DNA of 64,000 nt from Cordylochernes scorpioides (GCA_030710605.1 CP092864.1:139481418-139545417), one strand, 5' to 3'; counted from the stretch's first letter, positions 24,657 to 38,418 are shown. Program-made: numbers and translations. Notes: generated from the letters alone by a model not told the origin.

Positions 24657-27545
24657 GGTTTGTGTAAGCTGATTTTACATAAGTTTCGGCAACAATATAC
24701 ACTATTTAATATAGATAGGTCTTTATTAATTACAATATTAGGTTATATATTAAATAGCAAATATGTCTTAGTGTTATGGTGAACTTTGAAGAACTTGCAG
24801 TTTTTCTTTTATTTTAAACTATAACGTGTGTTCTAAACTTCCAGTTTTTCCTACTTTATTTTTTTGTTAACAATTTTGTCTTAGTGTCATGGTGAACTTT
24901 AAACAGTTTGCAGTTTTTTTTTTATGTGTTCTAGTGCTAAGTGTTGGAAGGAGCTTTAACACCATGTTTCAGGGTTTGTGTGTTATTTGTCTCAACCTTG
25001 TCTTTGTGCAGAATACCGTCTCACAACCTTGTTTTAATATGACACACCGTTTTGAAGAGCTTGTACAACCTGTCAGGATATGATTTAGGAAAATTTTAGT
25101 TTCTTTTTATTGTTATGTTACAATTTTATCCAACAATACAACCAGAGCGAACTCAGAAGTAATGAGACGAAGGGGCGTCACAAATTTGAGCCAAGGTATG
25201 GGGGTCCATATGAGGTACTAAAAGGAGCTGGTGATACTGTATATCTCTTGAAGAATCTAGAAACTGGGAATTTGGATAAATACCATATAGATAGGTTAAA
25301 ACAATACCATATACCAATTAGGATTTTCCCCACAGAGGAGGAGGAGACTAGTGATGGTAATTCAAGTCAAAGTTCCAGTGATGAAGATCATTGGATTCAT
25401 CTTACAGGTCCAGCTTATCTCCCTAATAGGTCTGTTAATGTAGTGGTTCCACAAGGGGTGACAACCAGAGCGAACTCAGAAGTAATGAGACGAGGGGAAG
25501 TTGACAGAGTTAGTGTGAACAGTTTAACTTTACGCAGGTCTACAAGGGTGAAAAGGCCCACACAGTGTAAATTCTGCTTAGACTGTCGCCTCTAACTAGG
25601 ATTTTGGAGTGTGTACGGAGAATCAGCTCGATAGAATGAGAAGTTTAGAGATTTCAACCTTTTTTTTTTTTAAACCTTTTTTTTTTTTTAAAGTAGAACT
25701 TCATTAGGATTCCTTTTTTTTTTTTTACAAACTATTTCTTGTTAAAACCCGAGTTTCAAAGACCAGTGAGAATAATGTATACCATTGTGAATTAACTATT
25801 TAGTGTAAATCTGAAATTTTAGTTATTATCAGGAGTAATAGGTGAAGGAAGGTGTAGGAAATCACAACTTAGAGGGGGGGCTATGTCTAAAACAACAAAC
25901 CTAATAGGCATCCTATGGCTTGTGTTGGGTAATTCAGAAACCCTATAATCCCTGGCCTTCAGGTAGTAGCTTTGAAATAGGTTTCTAATGAGAACATGAA
26001 AGGTCAATCTCTCAGAGTGAAATTGTGAAGTATAGGGACCCTAAGCCAGGGGTAGAAGTTAAGTAGGCCCAGACTGTAGTCGATCCTTGGAAAGCACTTG
26101 AGAATGTTAGTGTTGGGTAGTGAATCGTAAACCCTATGAATCCATCTTTCAATAGAGTGCTGAGGTCGGACTACTGCAAAGGGGGCAGACGCACGAGGAA
26201 GTAAGAAGAAAGTGACTTCACCCACGGTGGCTAGGGGAGAGACTCAATCCGCTTTTATGAGGTGTCACGCCTAATGGTCCTTTATTCGCCATTATAATTT
26301 GTGTATGTCTTTATATAGAATTGTCGTGAAAAGTCGCTTGGTGTCAAGGCAAGGGCAGTTTTTGAAGTTACACTGATTTTTTTTAGTAGGTTAGCTTCCA
26401 GATTATTTAGAATTGTTAACATTTGATTGTTAACAATCAATTTTGTTTATTTGTTTAAATATAAATAATGTTTATCCACGTATAGATAACTTTTATGTAG
26501 AGTTTGTATGAGGCATTTATTTAAGTCAATAGGGCTTTAGTCCCCACTTTGTTTTAATTAGATAACTTTATTTGATTCCTCATTGGTCCTGAAAGACTTT
26601 ATTATTGTTAGGGTTTATATGATAGAGATAATTGAGTGTTTTGGCGTCTATAGCAGTTTTTAACTTTAGAATGAATGCCCACAGTGACTGAATTTTTTTT
26701 TTCTTGTATGAATGTGAAGTGGAATAAATGAAGAGAAGGCTAAAAACTAGTATACTGTTAGACCAAAATTACTTTAGAATAGTGTAGGGAATTAACAGGT
26801 TCGATTTTTTAAATTTGATTTCTTTATTTGTTAGGATCGGGAGCCTCACAGGACTGTAAAAACTCTATTATTAGGAAAGGTATTCGCTCCATTTTGTTAG
26901 GTCTCCCCTTATGGGAGTATAAAATATTGATTTCTTTTATTAGGGTAATCAGTTACTCTATTTCATTATATCAACTTGAATTTTAAGAGTCGTAGATAAT
27001 GATCATATCTTGATTCTCAGACTGGAAGGTTGTGGGAGGTTATGATCAGACCAGGAAACCCACAAAACTTCTCCTCATTAGAGGAAACGAAGAGGTATAG
27101 ATTGAATTTTATGCAGGATGGGGGATTTGTTTTAGCCATGCCGTATAGCCTGGGGTATAACGGCGCGACCTTGGGTAACCGATCTGACACCGTAGTTTCG
27201 ACGCTTTTAGCGTGGCTGGAGCGAGGGTGTACCAGACGGGAGGTCCTGTAAGATTGGCATGTAGGCAGAGATTGCCCAGTTATTCTAGACGAAGTGTTTC
27301 CGTCTATTGAATTTTTTTGGTACCAATTTGACCCCCCATAGCTAGCGGAAGTTTCTTCTAATAAAGGATTCGCCCTGCCATACGTTTTGTTGGAATGAAT
27401 TCGAGCATAAGACCGATTCGAGAGGCAGAATAAGTAATTATTAGGACCTTCAACGAGTTTAGACTCGTTCCATGTTAGGATAAGATTTTAAAGTATTAGT
27501 TAACTATAATGACCGCGAACGAGACACCAGAACAAGCCAGTGAGT
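24657..27545 (+). mobile_element. Internally deleted (non-autonomous) derivative of the gypsy element: 5' leader plus integrase C-terminus plus 3' region
   Basis: 24657-25136 matches the leader 9497-10620 with fewer tandem units. 25137-25595 encodes the integrase C-terminus (KFEPRYGGPYEVL, HIDRLKQYH). 25596-27545 matches 15527-17560. Confidence 0.8.
25110..25595 (+). pseudogene. Truncated pol remnant (integrase C-terminal ~150 aa only)
   Basis: The ORF aligns to pol residues around ETKGRHKFEPRYRGPYEVLQRTGDTVYLLKDLETGHLDKIHIDRMKAYH. Everything upstream is deleted. Confidence 0.8.
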
Positions 27546-29197
27546 CAAAGTTTTAGAAGTGTTGTATTGAGGACAGTAGAATTAAGAGCAGTTATACAGG
27601 GAGTAGAATTCTGAAGGAATTTGTAAAAGGAACCAAAATTTCAGATTGATAAAATTCAAACTTATAAGATATAGATTTATAGGATTCAGGTCAATGAATA
27701 GAGGGTATATTAGTAGATGAAAGTAATGTGAATTTCTTGGAAGGGGGAGGTAGCTGAACTGTACACACCCCAGAGGCAAGGTAAACGGAGCCACAAACAA
27801 AATAGTAGAAATTGATTAGTCGCTCTGCCAAAACAGAAAATTTCTCTTCATACGGTTGTCACCCTAGATTTAAATGGACTGTGTAGTTTAATAGAGGTCT
27901 GGGCTATGTTCCATTTGACCAAGATTCTAAATGACGTACCCATCTGGGTTGAGAGAGTATTGTAATTTGAGGAATCTAACACACAAGAGAGAACACACCC
28001 TCCAATAGGATCGGGATAGACGAATATTACCCAGTGACCAACTCGTGATTCCAGACTGAATAAGATTGAAAACTTAATTGAGATACTAAACCTTGATCCT
28101 TCAGCGCACAAATATACATTATGTTTACATTTTCTTTTTCAATATGTTATTATTTTTATATCATATATATTATATTATAGTCATATACTATTCATTTCAA
28201 CAATTTTATTTTGACATTCATGATATTCATATTTATATTAAATATTTAATTATATATATTTTGTCACCATATATAATCTTGTAGTAGTTTTCTTTTGTCA
28301 TCTATCATGGGATGATTTTTATCACTTATATCTTAACATATTTAATCACTATCTACATGATATGTTTTTACTTCAATATATATGTTATACTCATCATATA
28401 ACATGGAAGGATTCATTTTATCATTACATATTTCGTGCCTTATTTAATGATTACTTACATAATTTGTTTTCTGTAATTTTTATTTAGCAAAAGTCATCAT
28501 GTCATAGGCTAATCATTATATACCAAGATATTTCTTTCAGCTAACTATAATTATCCTTTCCTTTGATTGTATATATATATAACTATACCACACGAATGTC
28601 TTGATTGGTACGAAAATAAAGATGCTGGCATGTTTTAGGAGTTGGACTAGTCAGTTATTTCTAAACGACTTCTTGGCGCCCAATTTTTTATATATAATAT
28701 GTAATAGGGAAATGTCCTAACTGTATTGTTAGCAGAAAGAAGGTAGCAATGAATCCAGTACCCCAAGAGGCAAGGATGGGGTTGAGAGGACTTACCACTA
28801 GGAAGGCCTACTCCTCAAGACCAAAGAAGAAAGTGGAAGGGTGGTATATATACCCATGAATGGTAAGACAGATGACCTTGCTTACTTCCATACATATGAT
28901 ATGACTGTCCCCAATAACCTATTTTGATAACAGTGTTCTGACAGAATAATAGCACATAAAAACCCCTTTGCCAGGATGCGCAATGCCCACTAGTGTTCGG
29001 AATAATAAACATCTAGAATGGCATACCATCATTTTGACTAGCCTTACCTTCCCTATAGGTTTCGGTACACCTGGCTTCACCTAGTAATGGAAAATGCATT
29101 TTGCTAGAAATGGGCCTGCTTTCATAGTAACTGATGAAAGGCAGATGAATAATGAATAACACAAACGCATTTGTCCATTACTTGGCAGGGGGAGGAT

Positions 29198-30069
29198 TGT
29201 TGGGGCACGTTTTTGTAACCATACCCCAACAGAAGGCGTATGTATAATCAAATCAAATGGATACATGGCTTCCCTCCCACATAGACTTACAGACCATTCT
29301 TTTTGCCCAGAAACCTAGACAACAGATGACACCAGACTTCCATGCCGAAAGCTGATGCCTGGTAAAGAAGAAGACATCCAGAGACATCCGAGCTGGAAAC
29401 TGTTGTTTCATATGTACATATATTCCCCTCACCAAAAATTTAGGTAAAGGTGACCAGAAAAAAAAAAAAAAAAATGGAGAAGGAAGATCTCTAAAAGACT
29501 GAACCGAGAAAGGAAAGCGTTATATTACAGTGCAAGTGAAAAGGGGCCTGTGTCAATTTTAGCTAAGACGGAGGGGGGGAGCGATATATATATATCGTCC
29601 CGAGAAAAAGGGAGGATGATATTTCAATCCATGTGGATGGGAGGGCTGGCGTCTGAAATTTTACACTATCGCCGTAGATGTTACTCTCTTTAGATTTTTG
29701 TTTTGGTAATACTATATGTTCTATTTTGATGGAAGAGGCCTGGAGTCTGAAATCTTACACTAGTGCCATGTTGTTTCTCTTTTGAGATTTTTTTTTTGTT
29801 TTGGTAATACGATATGTTCTTTTTTTGGTGAGGCCTGGGGCGTCTATGAAATTGATACTGGAGCCGTTGGACATTTGGATTGGTTTTCTTTCGGCGAATG
29901 AAAATGGAGAGAGGGAGGATATAAAAGAAGGTTCTTTGCCAAAAGGCAGGATTCGATCGGAGTCGCTCAGTGAGAAGGACGATTTTTAGACGGGCCTGAG
30001 ACGTAGAGGAGACCAGACCTTGCCGCCGCTTTCGAGAGAAGGTAAGCCCCTTGCCATTATGGCTTAGCC

Positions 30070-30101
<32 letters not shown>

Positions 30102-30972
30102 CGAACAGAAGCTAATCTATTTAGATTCTGAATGGGCCCTAAAGGGCTTTAAGTGACTTAAAAAGGAGTGTTAGGGTTCGTATATTTTGTCCCGCTAGAA
30201 TAGATGGAGATCTAGGTTTCCCCCCCTTTTTGTGTAGTAGCCAACCTAGATTTCGCATGGGCCTTAAAGGGCTATAAAGTAACTTCAGGTCACCTCTATC
30301 TAAATTTTACTATGTAAATAGCATATCTCGTCAGTATAGACATGTTCCCAAATTTTAAGATATTTTAAATAAATGTCTAGAGAAATTTTCTTGTTTCCTC
30401 TGTTACCTATTTCATACATAATTTGCCTTATGGTGCTATTCCCACTGTTTAAATGAAATGTTGTATGTTTCTTACCTATTTGAAGGGAATGTTACTAATA
30501 ATCAAGTCTCCCATAAATTACCGGCCACATACATTGCCGCGAGTGTCTGTGTTTCAGTGTTTTATAGATTGCCCAATTTAATAACGATTTCATGGGTTGT
30601 CTGATAATATTGTATAATAGTGTCGCGGCTGTTTCCATCTTTAGACCATTGTTCTGACAATATTATATGCTCGATCCTTGCTTTAGCTCAACTCTTAATC
30701 AATTACAGAGTTTTTCCCCCCTTTTCTTTTTTATTTATTTTATTTATCCTGTTTGCATAAATTGCATTACATGTGATGATGTAAAGACATATGCCGATAG
30801 TGCATCACTGACAGCTGTGCTGCTATTATACAACATTAAGGTCTTGCTGTGGGTTATATACATGGGGTTGTTGGCCTAAATTGCTATATATATATATACT
30901 TAAGTAAGGAAACTTTTAATAAGATACATCGTGTATCCTCCCTTTTCAACTATCCAAACCGGGAACCCATCA
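29198..30972 (+). repeat. A-type interspersed repeat, copy 2
   Basis: Near-identical to 549-2310. It ends at the same AACCCATCA and is followed directly by the LINE 3' terminus. Confidence 0.8.
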
Positions 30973-32389
30973 GTTGCACGGCTATGCAACTCCAATATCT
31001 GTGGGCCAGCGACCCGTCGTTGGACCGCACAGGTGGCACGCCTTGAGGCAGGATGGTCAGCATAGGTAGAGTGTAGTGGGCCAGTTATAGGGCGACATCT
31101 GCGTCGAGTCACGAGAAGCATTTGCGACGCAGGTCGGCCCAAGTGATCGATCCGGGCACATTTACAGTGGGAGTCCGCCGCGCAGCCAGCTCTTCAAAAG
31201 GATGCGCCTGCAGCCATGCCGAGTCCAGTGGCGGGGCGCGATCTGACTGGTTAGGCGGGTAATGGGCGTTGTTGAGTCCCTTAGGACGATGGTCTCCGCC
31301 TCGTACTCCGCATGATAGCTGGAACTGGATTTTTCCTGCAATAAGGGTGGCAGAAGGCCTACAAGTGCTGCGCGTCCAAAAGTCTAGCTCGCGTTGAGCA
31401 CACTAGGACAGAGGTGCCATCCGAGAAATCACCGGTTGGCAGGGTGTAAAATCTGGTGGTCCAGCTTGAGAACGCTGGACACGGCGTTCCAGAGACCCAG
31501 AAGCCTCCTTCTTCTCGGTGAGTGCCAGACGTCGGGAGCCGGCGGGATCAGTCTCGCCCGGCTGCGAATTAGCCAAGAGTAGCCGTTGGCGGTGCCGCGC
31601 AGGAGGCCTGGACGCCCTTCAGTCAAGAGAGCCGAAGCGGGCCCGCGATGTCAAGCAGGCCGACGCCACTCTCGGAGATTGGGCAAGCCAGGATTCCCCC
31701 GAGACGCACGAGACTCGGTTCATAAGCGCGTCAGCAGCTAGCCGATGGAAGTTACAGGTGAAACGTAGCCGTGGAGGTGGTTCAGGATAGAATCCAGGAC
31801 CAGGCTGTTGGCCGCACGGGCACGATCCACCAGCGACAGGCCACGAATGAAGTGAGACCACCTCGCGATGGCTCGCTCCAGCAGCTCCATCAAATGGGAA
31901 GCCTTGGGAGGCGAGGGTGTTCCAGGTAAAGATTGTGCAGCCTAGAATTATCAATGACTGGAGTCCAGAAAGTTCCCAGTGGATAATCCGCCTGGTGCTT
32001 CAAAGAACTTCACCAGAGCCCGAAACTCTTGCTCAAGTTGATAACCACCCCAGAGACCATGCGGTACTCTTCGGAAATCAGGGGCATGAGCTCAAACTGA
32101 GCGTCGTCCCTGATGCTGATGAAGAGTACGATGTCATTCGCGTCATTCACATAGGCGACACGTAGCCGCAGCCCAAGATCCTCTCGACACGGCGTAGCAG
32201 ATGCCCAACTCTGATGCTGAAGAGAGCGGCCTTAAGACGACAGCCCTGCCTCACCCCATTGAAAAGCGGAAAGGCCCTGCTGTGGACATTCCCGATCCGG
32301 ATCCGTAGAGGACAGCAATCAACCCGAGAAAGGCAGATGGTAGGCCCCGCTTCTCCAACAGGGAAAATAGGTAGCTTCAGCTGAAACTC

Positions 32390-33664
32390 TCGACACTTTG
32401 CTTATAAAATCCTGAAAACTCAATATATTTTCTCCCGGTTTGTGGCAAACGCAAGCGTCGCCCTTGGCTTGGAGACCTGCCAATTTTCAAAAATCACGCG
32501 CCACAACAGCGCGAGCAGCGGCTGAAGTGAAGCCATTTTGCCCGTGCTTCGATTTCGTTAGTCACCGAAATGGAGGATCAACGAATTTGGATCAAGTTCT
32601 GTGTGAAAAACAGATTCAAAGGTGCCAAAATTTCTGGATGTTGCAAACAGCCTACGGGGATGCCGTTATGAGCCGGAAACGAGTTTTCAAGTGGTACAAG
32701 CGCTTCAAGGAGGGTCGGGAAGAGACCGCCGACAACGAACGTTCCGGGAGACCGTCCACATCAACCACGCCTGAAAAAGTGGACAAGGTGTTGGAACTGG
32801 TGCGTGAAGACCGACGAATAACTGTCAGGGAGGTCACCGAAGAAGCAGGGATATCATTCGGGTCGACTCAATCGATAATGAAGGACATTTTGGGAGTGAG
32901 AAGACTCAACGCCGTTCTCGTTCCCAAAGATTTGACTTTTGATAAAAAGAACGCCCAGAAAGAAACGGCCAGTCTCAATCTTGAAGCGGCAACCGACGAC
33001 CCCGAATTGCTGAAGAGGGTCATTACTGGAGACGAAACATGGATTTACGATTTTGATTAGGAAACTACCCAACAGACATCGGAGTGGCGCTTCAAAAATG
33101 AGCCGAGACCAAAGAAAGCGAGGAAGGCTCTCAGCAAAGTCAAGGTCATGTTGACGGTGTTCTTCGACTACCAGGGCATCGTTCATCATGAATTTCATCA
33201 ACAAGGCTCTACAATAACTGCTGACTCCTACCTGGAAGTTTTGAGGCGATTGAGGGAAGCGATCAGGCAGAAACGGCCGGAGCTGTGAAGGAGCAAGTCG
33301 TGGATCCTCCACCACGATAACGCGCCGGCGCACACAGCCCTCAAAATCTCGAAGTTCCTGCAGGACCACTCAACCTCTGTGTTCCCTCAATCCCCCTACA
33401 GTCCCGATTTGGCCCCCTGCGACTTCTTCCTTTTTGGAAAGCTAAAAAAAAGTTAAAGGGTCGGAAATTTCAGAGCATAGAAGAGATCAAAGTGGAATCG
33501 AAGGCCATGAAGGCGATCCCGAAAACAGACTACCAGAGGTGTTTTGTCGACTGGAAAAAAAGGTGGCTGAAGTGCATCGCGGCCAACGGGGACTACTTTG
33601 AAGGGGACAATTTGAATTTGGTAGAATAATAAAGTTTTTTTTTAAGTTATGAGCAAAGTGTCGA
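32390..33664 (+). mobile_element. mariner-like element (about 1.27 kb) nested in the LINE, with 18-bp terminal inverted repeats TCGACACTTTGCTTATAA / TTATGAGCAAAGTGTCGA
   Basis: Encodes a mariner transposase with an HTH region (RITVREVTEEAGISFGSTQSIMKDILGV), ITGDETWIYDFD, HHDNAPAH and a C-terminal SPDLAPCDFFLF..DYFEGD. The terminal repeats have one mismatch. Confidence 0.8.
32570..33625 (+). pseudogene. mariner transposase pseudogene (frameshift near 32600-32640; stops at 33058 and ~33287)
   Basis: The N-terminus MEDQRIWIKFCVKN is in a different frame from the 206-aa ORF at 32440-33060. Downstream segments need further frame changes. Confidence 0.8.
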
Positions 33665-33707
33665 ATTTTTTTTTATCAGAGTAGTATTCCGGCGACTTCG
33701 TCGAACA

Positions 33708-34016
33708 CTAGCGCAATGTTCCAGGAGGATGACCGTCCTGGAACGGCGTGACCTGACAGTCGATCACCAGGTCTGGCAGATGACAGCGCAGACGGCCCAT
33801 GATCACGCCGCTGAGAACCCTGTAGTCTGTCGTTGGTAGGCAAATTGGCCGGAATGCCTCCGCACCACTGTTCAATTTCAATTTCGGAAGCATGATAACA
33901 TTGCTGCGCCTTGAGGACGGAAGCAAGGCCCCGCGGTCTCGAGAAGCCTTGAAGACTCGCCAAAGAATATCAGCGAAGAAATATTCAGACTTTGACACAC
34001 TCGTAGGGTAATCCAA
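33708..34016 (-). pseudogene. LINE reverse-transcriptase fragment
   Basis: The RPISL/TTDYR-type RT motif block is interrupted by stops on both sides. Confidence 0.65.
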
Positions 34017-35929
34017 TCCGTCTCACGGCCGTTTGGCAGGCGTAGGTATGGCTGCCGCTATCTGGTCACGTGAGATGTCGGCGAAAAAGAGCTGGTCCCA
34101 TACTCGAACTCCAAGGGGGTCACTTCAGCTTGGAAGTAAGCGATGGCTTCTCCCGAGCTTGGGCGCGGGCGCTCGTCACTATTTAAGCGCTCCAGAAGGA
34201 AACACCTAAGCTGGCTCCCGAAGATGGTGTTACTAGCGTCGTCGGTGAGGGTGAAAGGAGAGCAACGTCTGGCTCGGAGGCAACGCCCGAGGTCCGACAA
34301 GGAAGGATAGTCTCGGAGCGGAAAGTATCGTCCTCCAGTCTCCGCCTCAGGAAGTGGCTTGCTCCCTCTATGTATCCACCGCCGGACTCGACAACGTTTG
34401 GTGCGAGGGACCGTATCTCCGCGACCATATCTGCCTTGATCCTGGAGTCCATTGTTCTCATGATATCTGGAGTGAAATATTTGCTAGGTCTTGCGATATA
34501 TCATCGATGAACGTTTCCATTCGATCGACAAAAATTTCTAACCGTAGCAGCTTTCTGATTCAGGGACGTCTTGTAGGAGCTGGGTCTCCTACATGGATCA
34601 GGACGGCACGGTGGTATGACTAGGCATAGTCAATAATTTGGTACTGGGTGACGCGGTCATAAAAGTCTGATGGAAGTAGGATTCTGCCCAGACGACGTGC
34701 GTTGACCCGGCTTCTAATGGTAGCAACCCTGGTGTGCTCCAGTGCAGCATCGAAGGTGGCGGCCTCGACGAGATCGGCTTGGTCCAGGAGCTCCGCGAGG
34801 GCTTCTGCTAAACAGAATGCCTGCTCCTTTGTCGAATCTTCGGATATGTTCAGGTACCAAGGATCCACGCACCTTCTTCACAGTCAAAGATGCGATGACT
34901 CGGAGCTGGCGGCATCGCTCTTCAGGAGCATGAGAGACGTGGGCGTTGACACACATGATGGAGTAACACCGGACGATGTGGTCGATTACAGCAATCTTGC
35001 CAGGCCATAGGATCTGATGCCGGTGAACAACGACCCCGGCTGCGTAGACGCAGGCGATGCCTGGTCCGACAGCGGTCATTGCAGGTCAAACAATGACGGC
35101 GCTGTAGCCCTGGCAGAGGTCCCCTACGTCATCCAGGGACATGTCATCGTTTCCTGCAGGAAGCAGATGTCGATCTCATGCTCCTTGAGAAAATAGTATA
35201 GCTTGATTCTCCTGCGAAGAGCGGCGACCCCGCGTGTGTTCAGGGTTGCAACACGGAAGCTAATTTCGGCTGCCGAACAGAGTTTCAAGCGCGTGAAAGA
35301 TTCTACAGGGTGTTGCTGGTGTCCCCTGTAAGAGCCATAAGCGCCGTGGCTAAAGTGTCGATGGCCTGTTTCTGCTGGACGTTGGAGTTGGCCAGAAGTA
35401 TGTCCATGATGCCGTTGTTAGTAATAGCTTGAAGGAGTTGTTCTCTCTCCACAAGCCCAGTTGCTGGACGCTGGTGATGGTCGCAGAGGCTTTGTCATTC
35501 GTCATAAGAGCGTCCATTTGCCGCTGCGCCAAAGTCCGCTTCTTTTGTGAAGGAGGAAGTTTCTGGGATTCATTTGTTATGCTTGTATTCACAATAATTT
35601 CTGGAGGATCTGCGACGGCTGTAGCGGTGGAAGCTGCTAGTGTTGACTTGGGAGACTTGAGGGAAGGAGGTAAGTACTCCAGCACAAGAGCAACTTATCC
35701 TCTAAGCCTGTCCATTGCGGGCAGTTGGCACGCTTGTGCCCTTGCCTATGACAAAGGGAGCAATGGATCCCATTGGTCATGAAGAAGGGTATGGCTACCC
35801 CCTTAACCTTAATATACATCCGGGCAGGAATCTGGGAAAGCTTCACTCCATCATTCAGAGTAATGAAGGCTTCCTGTCATTTTTAACACAGAAATATACC
35901 AACGCAACAACCTGAAAGTTCATATTTTA

Positions 35930-36425
35930 TCTATATATATATATAAATGAATGTATGTGTCTGTCTGTCCTTTATGCCTGACCAAACCACTCATTGGAAC
36001 GCCGTGAAACTTTGGGAAGTTATTTAGTATAGTACTGGGAAGGTTTCTAGCAAATAAATTTTTTGAAATAACTTTTCGCCTAAAAATTCTAAATTAATAT
36101 GCCTAAATATTCTAATTCATCTGTTATAATTCAACAATCTGCTCTAAATATTATCATGATGATACGATGATTTTGTAATGTAGAAAATTAGGAAAGACAA
36201 AATTCAGGATGACACGGTAATTTATTTGAGACAAGAATAATGATACAATTCCAAGGCAAGATACTATTCCTTTAACTTCCAATTACCGAGGGAACCAATT
36301 AATATTGATTTTATTCAACTTATCGAGTATTTTTCAAGGGACCGGGAATGTTCACTTTATTGAGAGATTCGTTAGACAAACCTTTACTCTGGTAAAACCC
36401 GGGCGAAGCCAGGTACGTCCACTAG
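35930..36425 (+). mobile_element. Non-autonomous Helitron-like element (5' TCTATATATATATATAAATGAATG ... 3' CCCGGGCGAAGCCAGGTACGTCCACTAG, followed by T)
   Basis: 496-bp element. An inverted near-identical copy lies at 56410-56905. It starts TC, ends CTAG, has a GC-rich subterminal palindrome and sits between A and T. Confidence 0.7.
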
Positions 36426-36899
36426 TTATTAATAGAAATCTCCAGAATGAGATGAAAAAAGAGATGGCCATTTTTAAAGCAGGTATTTCTCCAGAAACCA
36501 GGAATGGTTCAACAGAACACAAGTTGGCATAAAGGAGAGAAGTGGAAACAGGCTTGGTGATTGGTTGGGGAAGAGATTGTAAAGGACAAAAAGTGAGTGG
36601 GCTTAGCCCCATGCCCTTAACCTACCATAGGAAATTCCTGCATCAAGGAATGCTGCCACCAAAGGAGTCTAAATTTGGTAAAAAATATTAGAACCAAGCG
36701 ATTTCAAAAATTTTTTAAAGAAATTTATCTTACAGATGTCTCAAAATAACGGGGTTAAACATTTTCAGCCATAATTTTGATAAACAAAAATACAAATAAA
36801 ATAACAATGGGTAACAATTATATGGATACTAAATAACAATTTATTCCGCCGGTCTCAGAGTGGCCTCCCTTGACTGCGATACACAGGTACAAACGTGAC

Positions 36900-37880
36900 T
36901 TGAAATTTTCAGCTATGGGCAGCAAGTCCTCGACGCTGTGATCGCTTCATCGACTTCAAATTTTTGTGGCGTGTAGCACAGACCCTGGCCTGCAAAATGG
37001 ACCACACGCTGTAATCCATCGGATCGGGTGAGTAGGGCGGCCATTTCGCCGACGTGATGAAGTCCGGAAAATGAACCCAGCACCAGTCTTGTGTCAATTT
37101 CGCCCTGTGAAGTCCTGCTGGAACGTCCAACCCGCATCTCCGAAGTGCTATTGAGCCTACAGGAGTACGACGGCCTCGAGAATGTCGCGGCAATACACTT
37201 CATAATTTATTTTAACCTCCTGATCCACGAAAACGAGGGGGGTCTTGCCACTGGCGCAAATTACGGCCCATTCCATAACCGATTGCGGATTTTGGCGGCG
37301 CTCGACAATGGCCGACGTGCGGGAGCCTCAGCGGACCAGCTCCTGTCGTTTTGGTGGTCGTGCTCGAGGGTGAACAGCTTCTCGTCCGTGAAGAGGATGC
37401 GCTCCCATCACTGACCAGTGGCCCGATGCTTGAGTTGGCAACATCTCTACAGCCGTATCTCTCATCCGTGAAGAGCTGAAATTTTTGGAGCTTGTACGAC
37501 CTGAAGTTCCTTTTTTTTTTGCTATTAGATGTACCGACAACTTGCTTATGCCGGTCTCACGGGCAATTTTTCTTAAGGACACCCTCGAATTTCGTTGAAG
37601 TCGCTTTTTGATGATCTTACGGTTGGCGGTGCGCTTACTTCCTATTCCGACACAGTCACCTTCATGACCAAGCTCATTGAAGCGATGGATGGCCTTGGAC
37701 ATAGTTTGTTGAAACACTTTGAGCAGCCAAACAATTTCACATTGATGTTTTCCTTGACAAAACAGCTCAATAATTGCACTAGGTTTGTTTGAGGTCCTAA
37801 AAACATGACAAAATAAGTTAGCACAAAGTTGAAACATAAGGATATATAAAAACATGGAGAATCTGACAAATATTTTCATG
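36900..37880 (-). pseudogene. Tc1-like transposase pseudogene (HTH RKIARETGISKLSVHLIAKK; C-terminal WPPYSPDPMDYSVWSILQ)
   Basis: The minus-strand ORFs 37328-37879 and 36909-37193 carry Tc1/mariner N-terminal and C-terminal motifs separated by stops. Terminal repeats were not identified. Confidence 0.6.
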
Positions 37881-38418
37881 TGTGTGTGGGTAAGGATAAA
37901 TTAAACATTAACTCTGCTCTGAAAGAAGAACCCTTATGCTCAAAACTGGGCAACTCTGTGCTTCACTTCCATCAATAATTGACAATATGACCCAGAATAA
38001 GTATATTGCTACGGCGTTTTATGGTTTCCACAAGTCCATATCTCAGAAGAAGGCCAAGTGACACTCACTCCTCACTTTCTTACTGCTACTCTTTTTGTGT
38101 TGTTTTTCTTGCTTCCCTCTTTCTCTTTCTTGTTTTTTTTTTTCTTTTTCTTCTGTCTATATCGTTGTTTCCTTTGTCTCACTGCTTTGTTCTTATGCAT
38201 ACCTCTGGTGAATCCTGTATAGGGTCAGTGACCCTAAATAAAGGCTTTTTGTTGTTGTTGTAAATTAAATATTAAATCCATTATTTTGGAAGAGACACCC
38301 GGTATTTCAAATATCATAATCATTTTTGTGTACTTCAAAATAGAACACATTGTAATATTTATCAGAGAAACAGCTTGTAGTTGCACTGTAAGCACATGTA
38401 GCAGAGTAACTTGACATT

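Larger units (their letters stand above)
30973..35900 (-). mobile_element. Degenerate non-LTR retrotransposon (LINE) with ORF1 CCHC knuckle, APE endonuclease and RT remnants; 3' end has a terminal hairpin GTTGCACGGCTATGCAAC
   Basis: Minus-strand ORF fragments: 35637-35846 (CSLCHRQGHKRANCP), 34714-35079 (APE-like) and 33708-34016 (RT motif FRPICLPTTDYRVLSGVIMGRL). Many stops and frameshifts. The 3' terminal ~95 bp is shared with 51437-51535. Confidence 0.7.

Noticed and set aside
36850-37930. Terminal inverted repeats for the Tc1-like pseudogene
   Set aside because: I could not find convincing inverted terminal repeats by eye. The element boundaries are left undefined.
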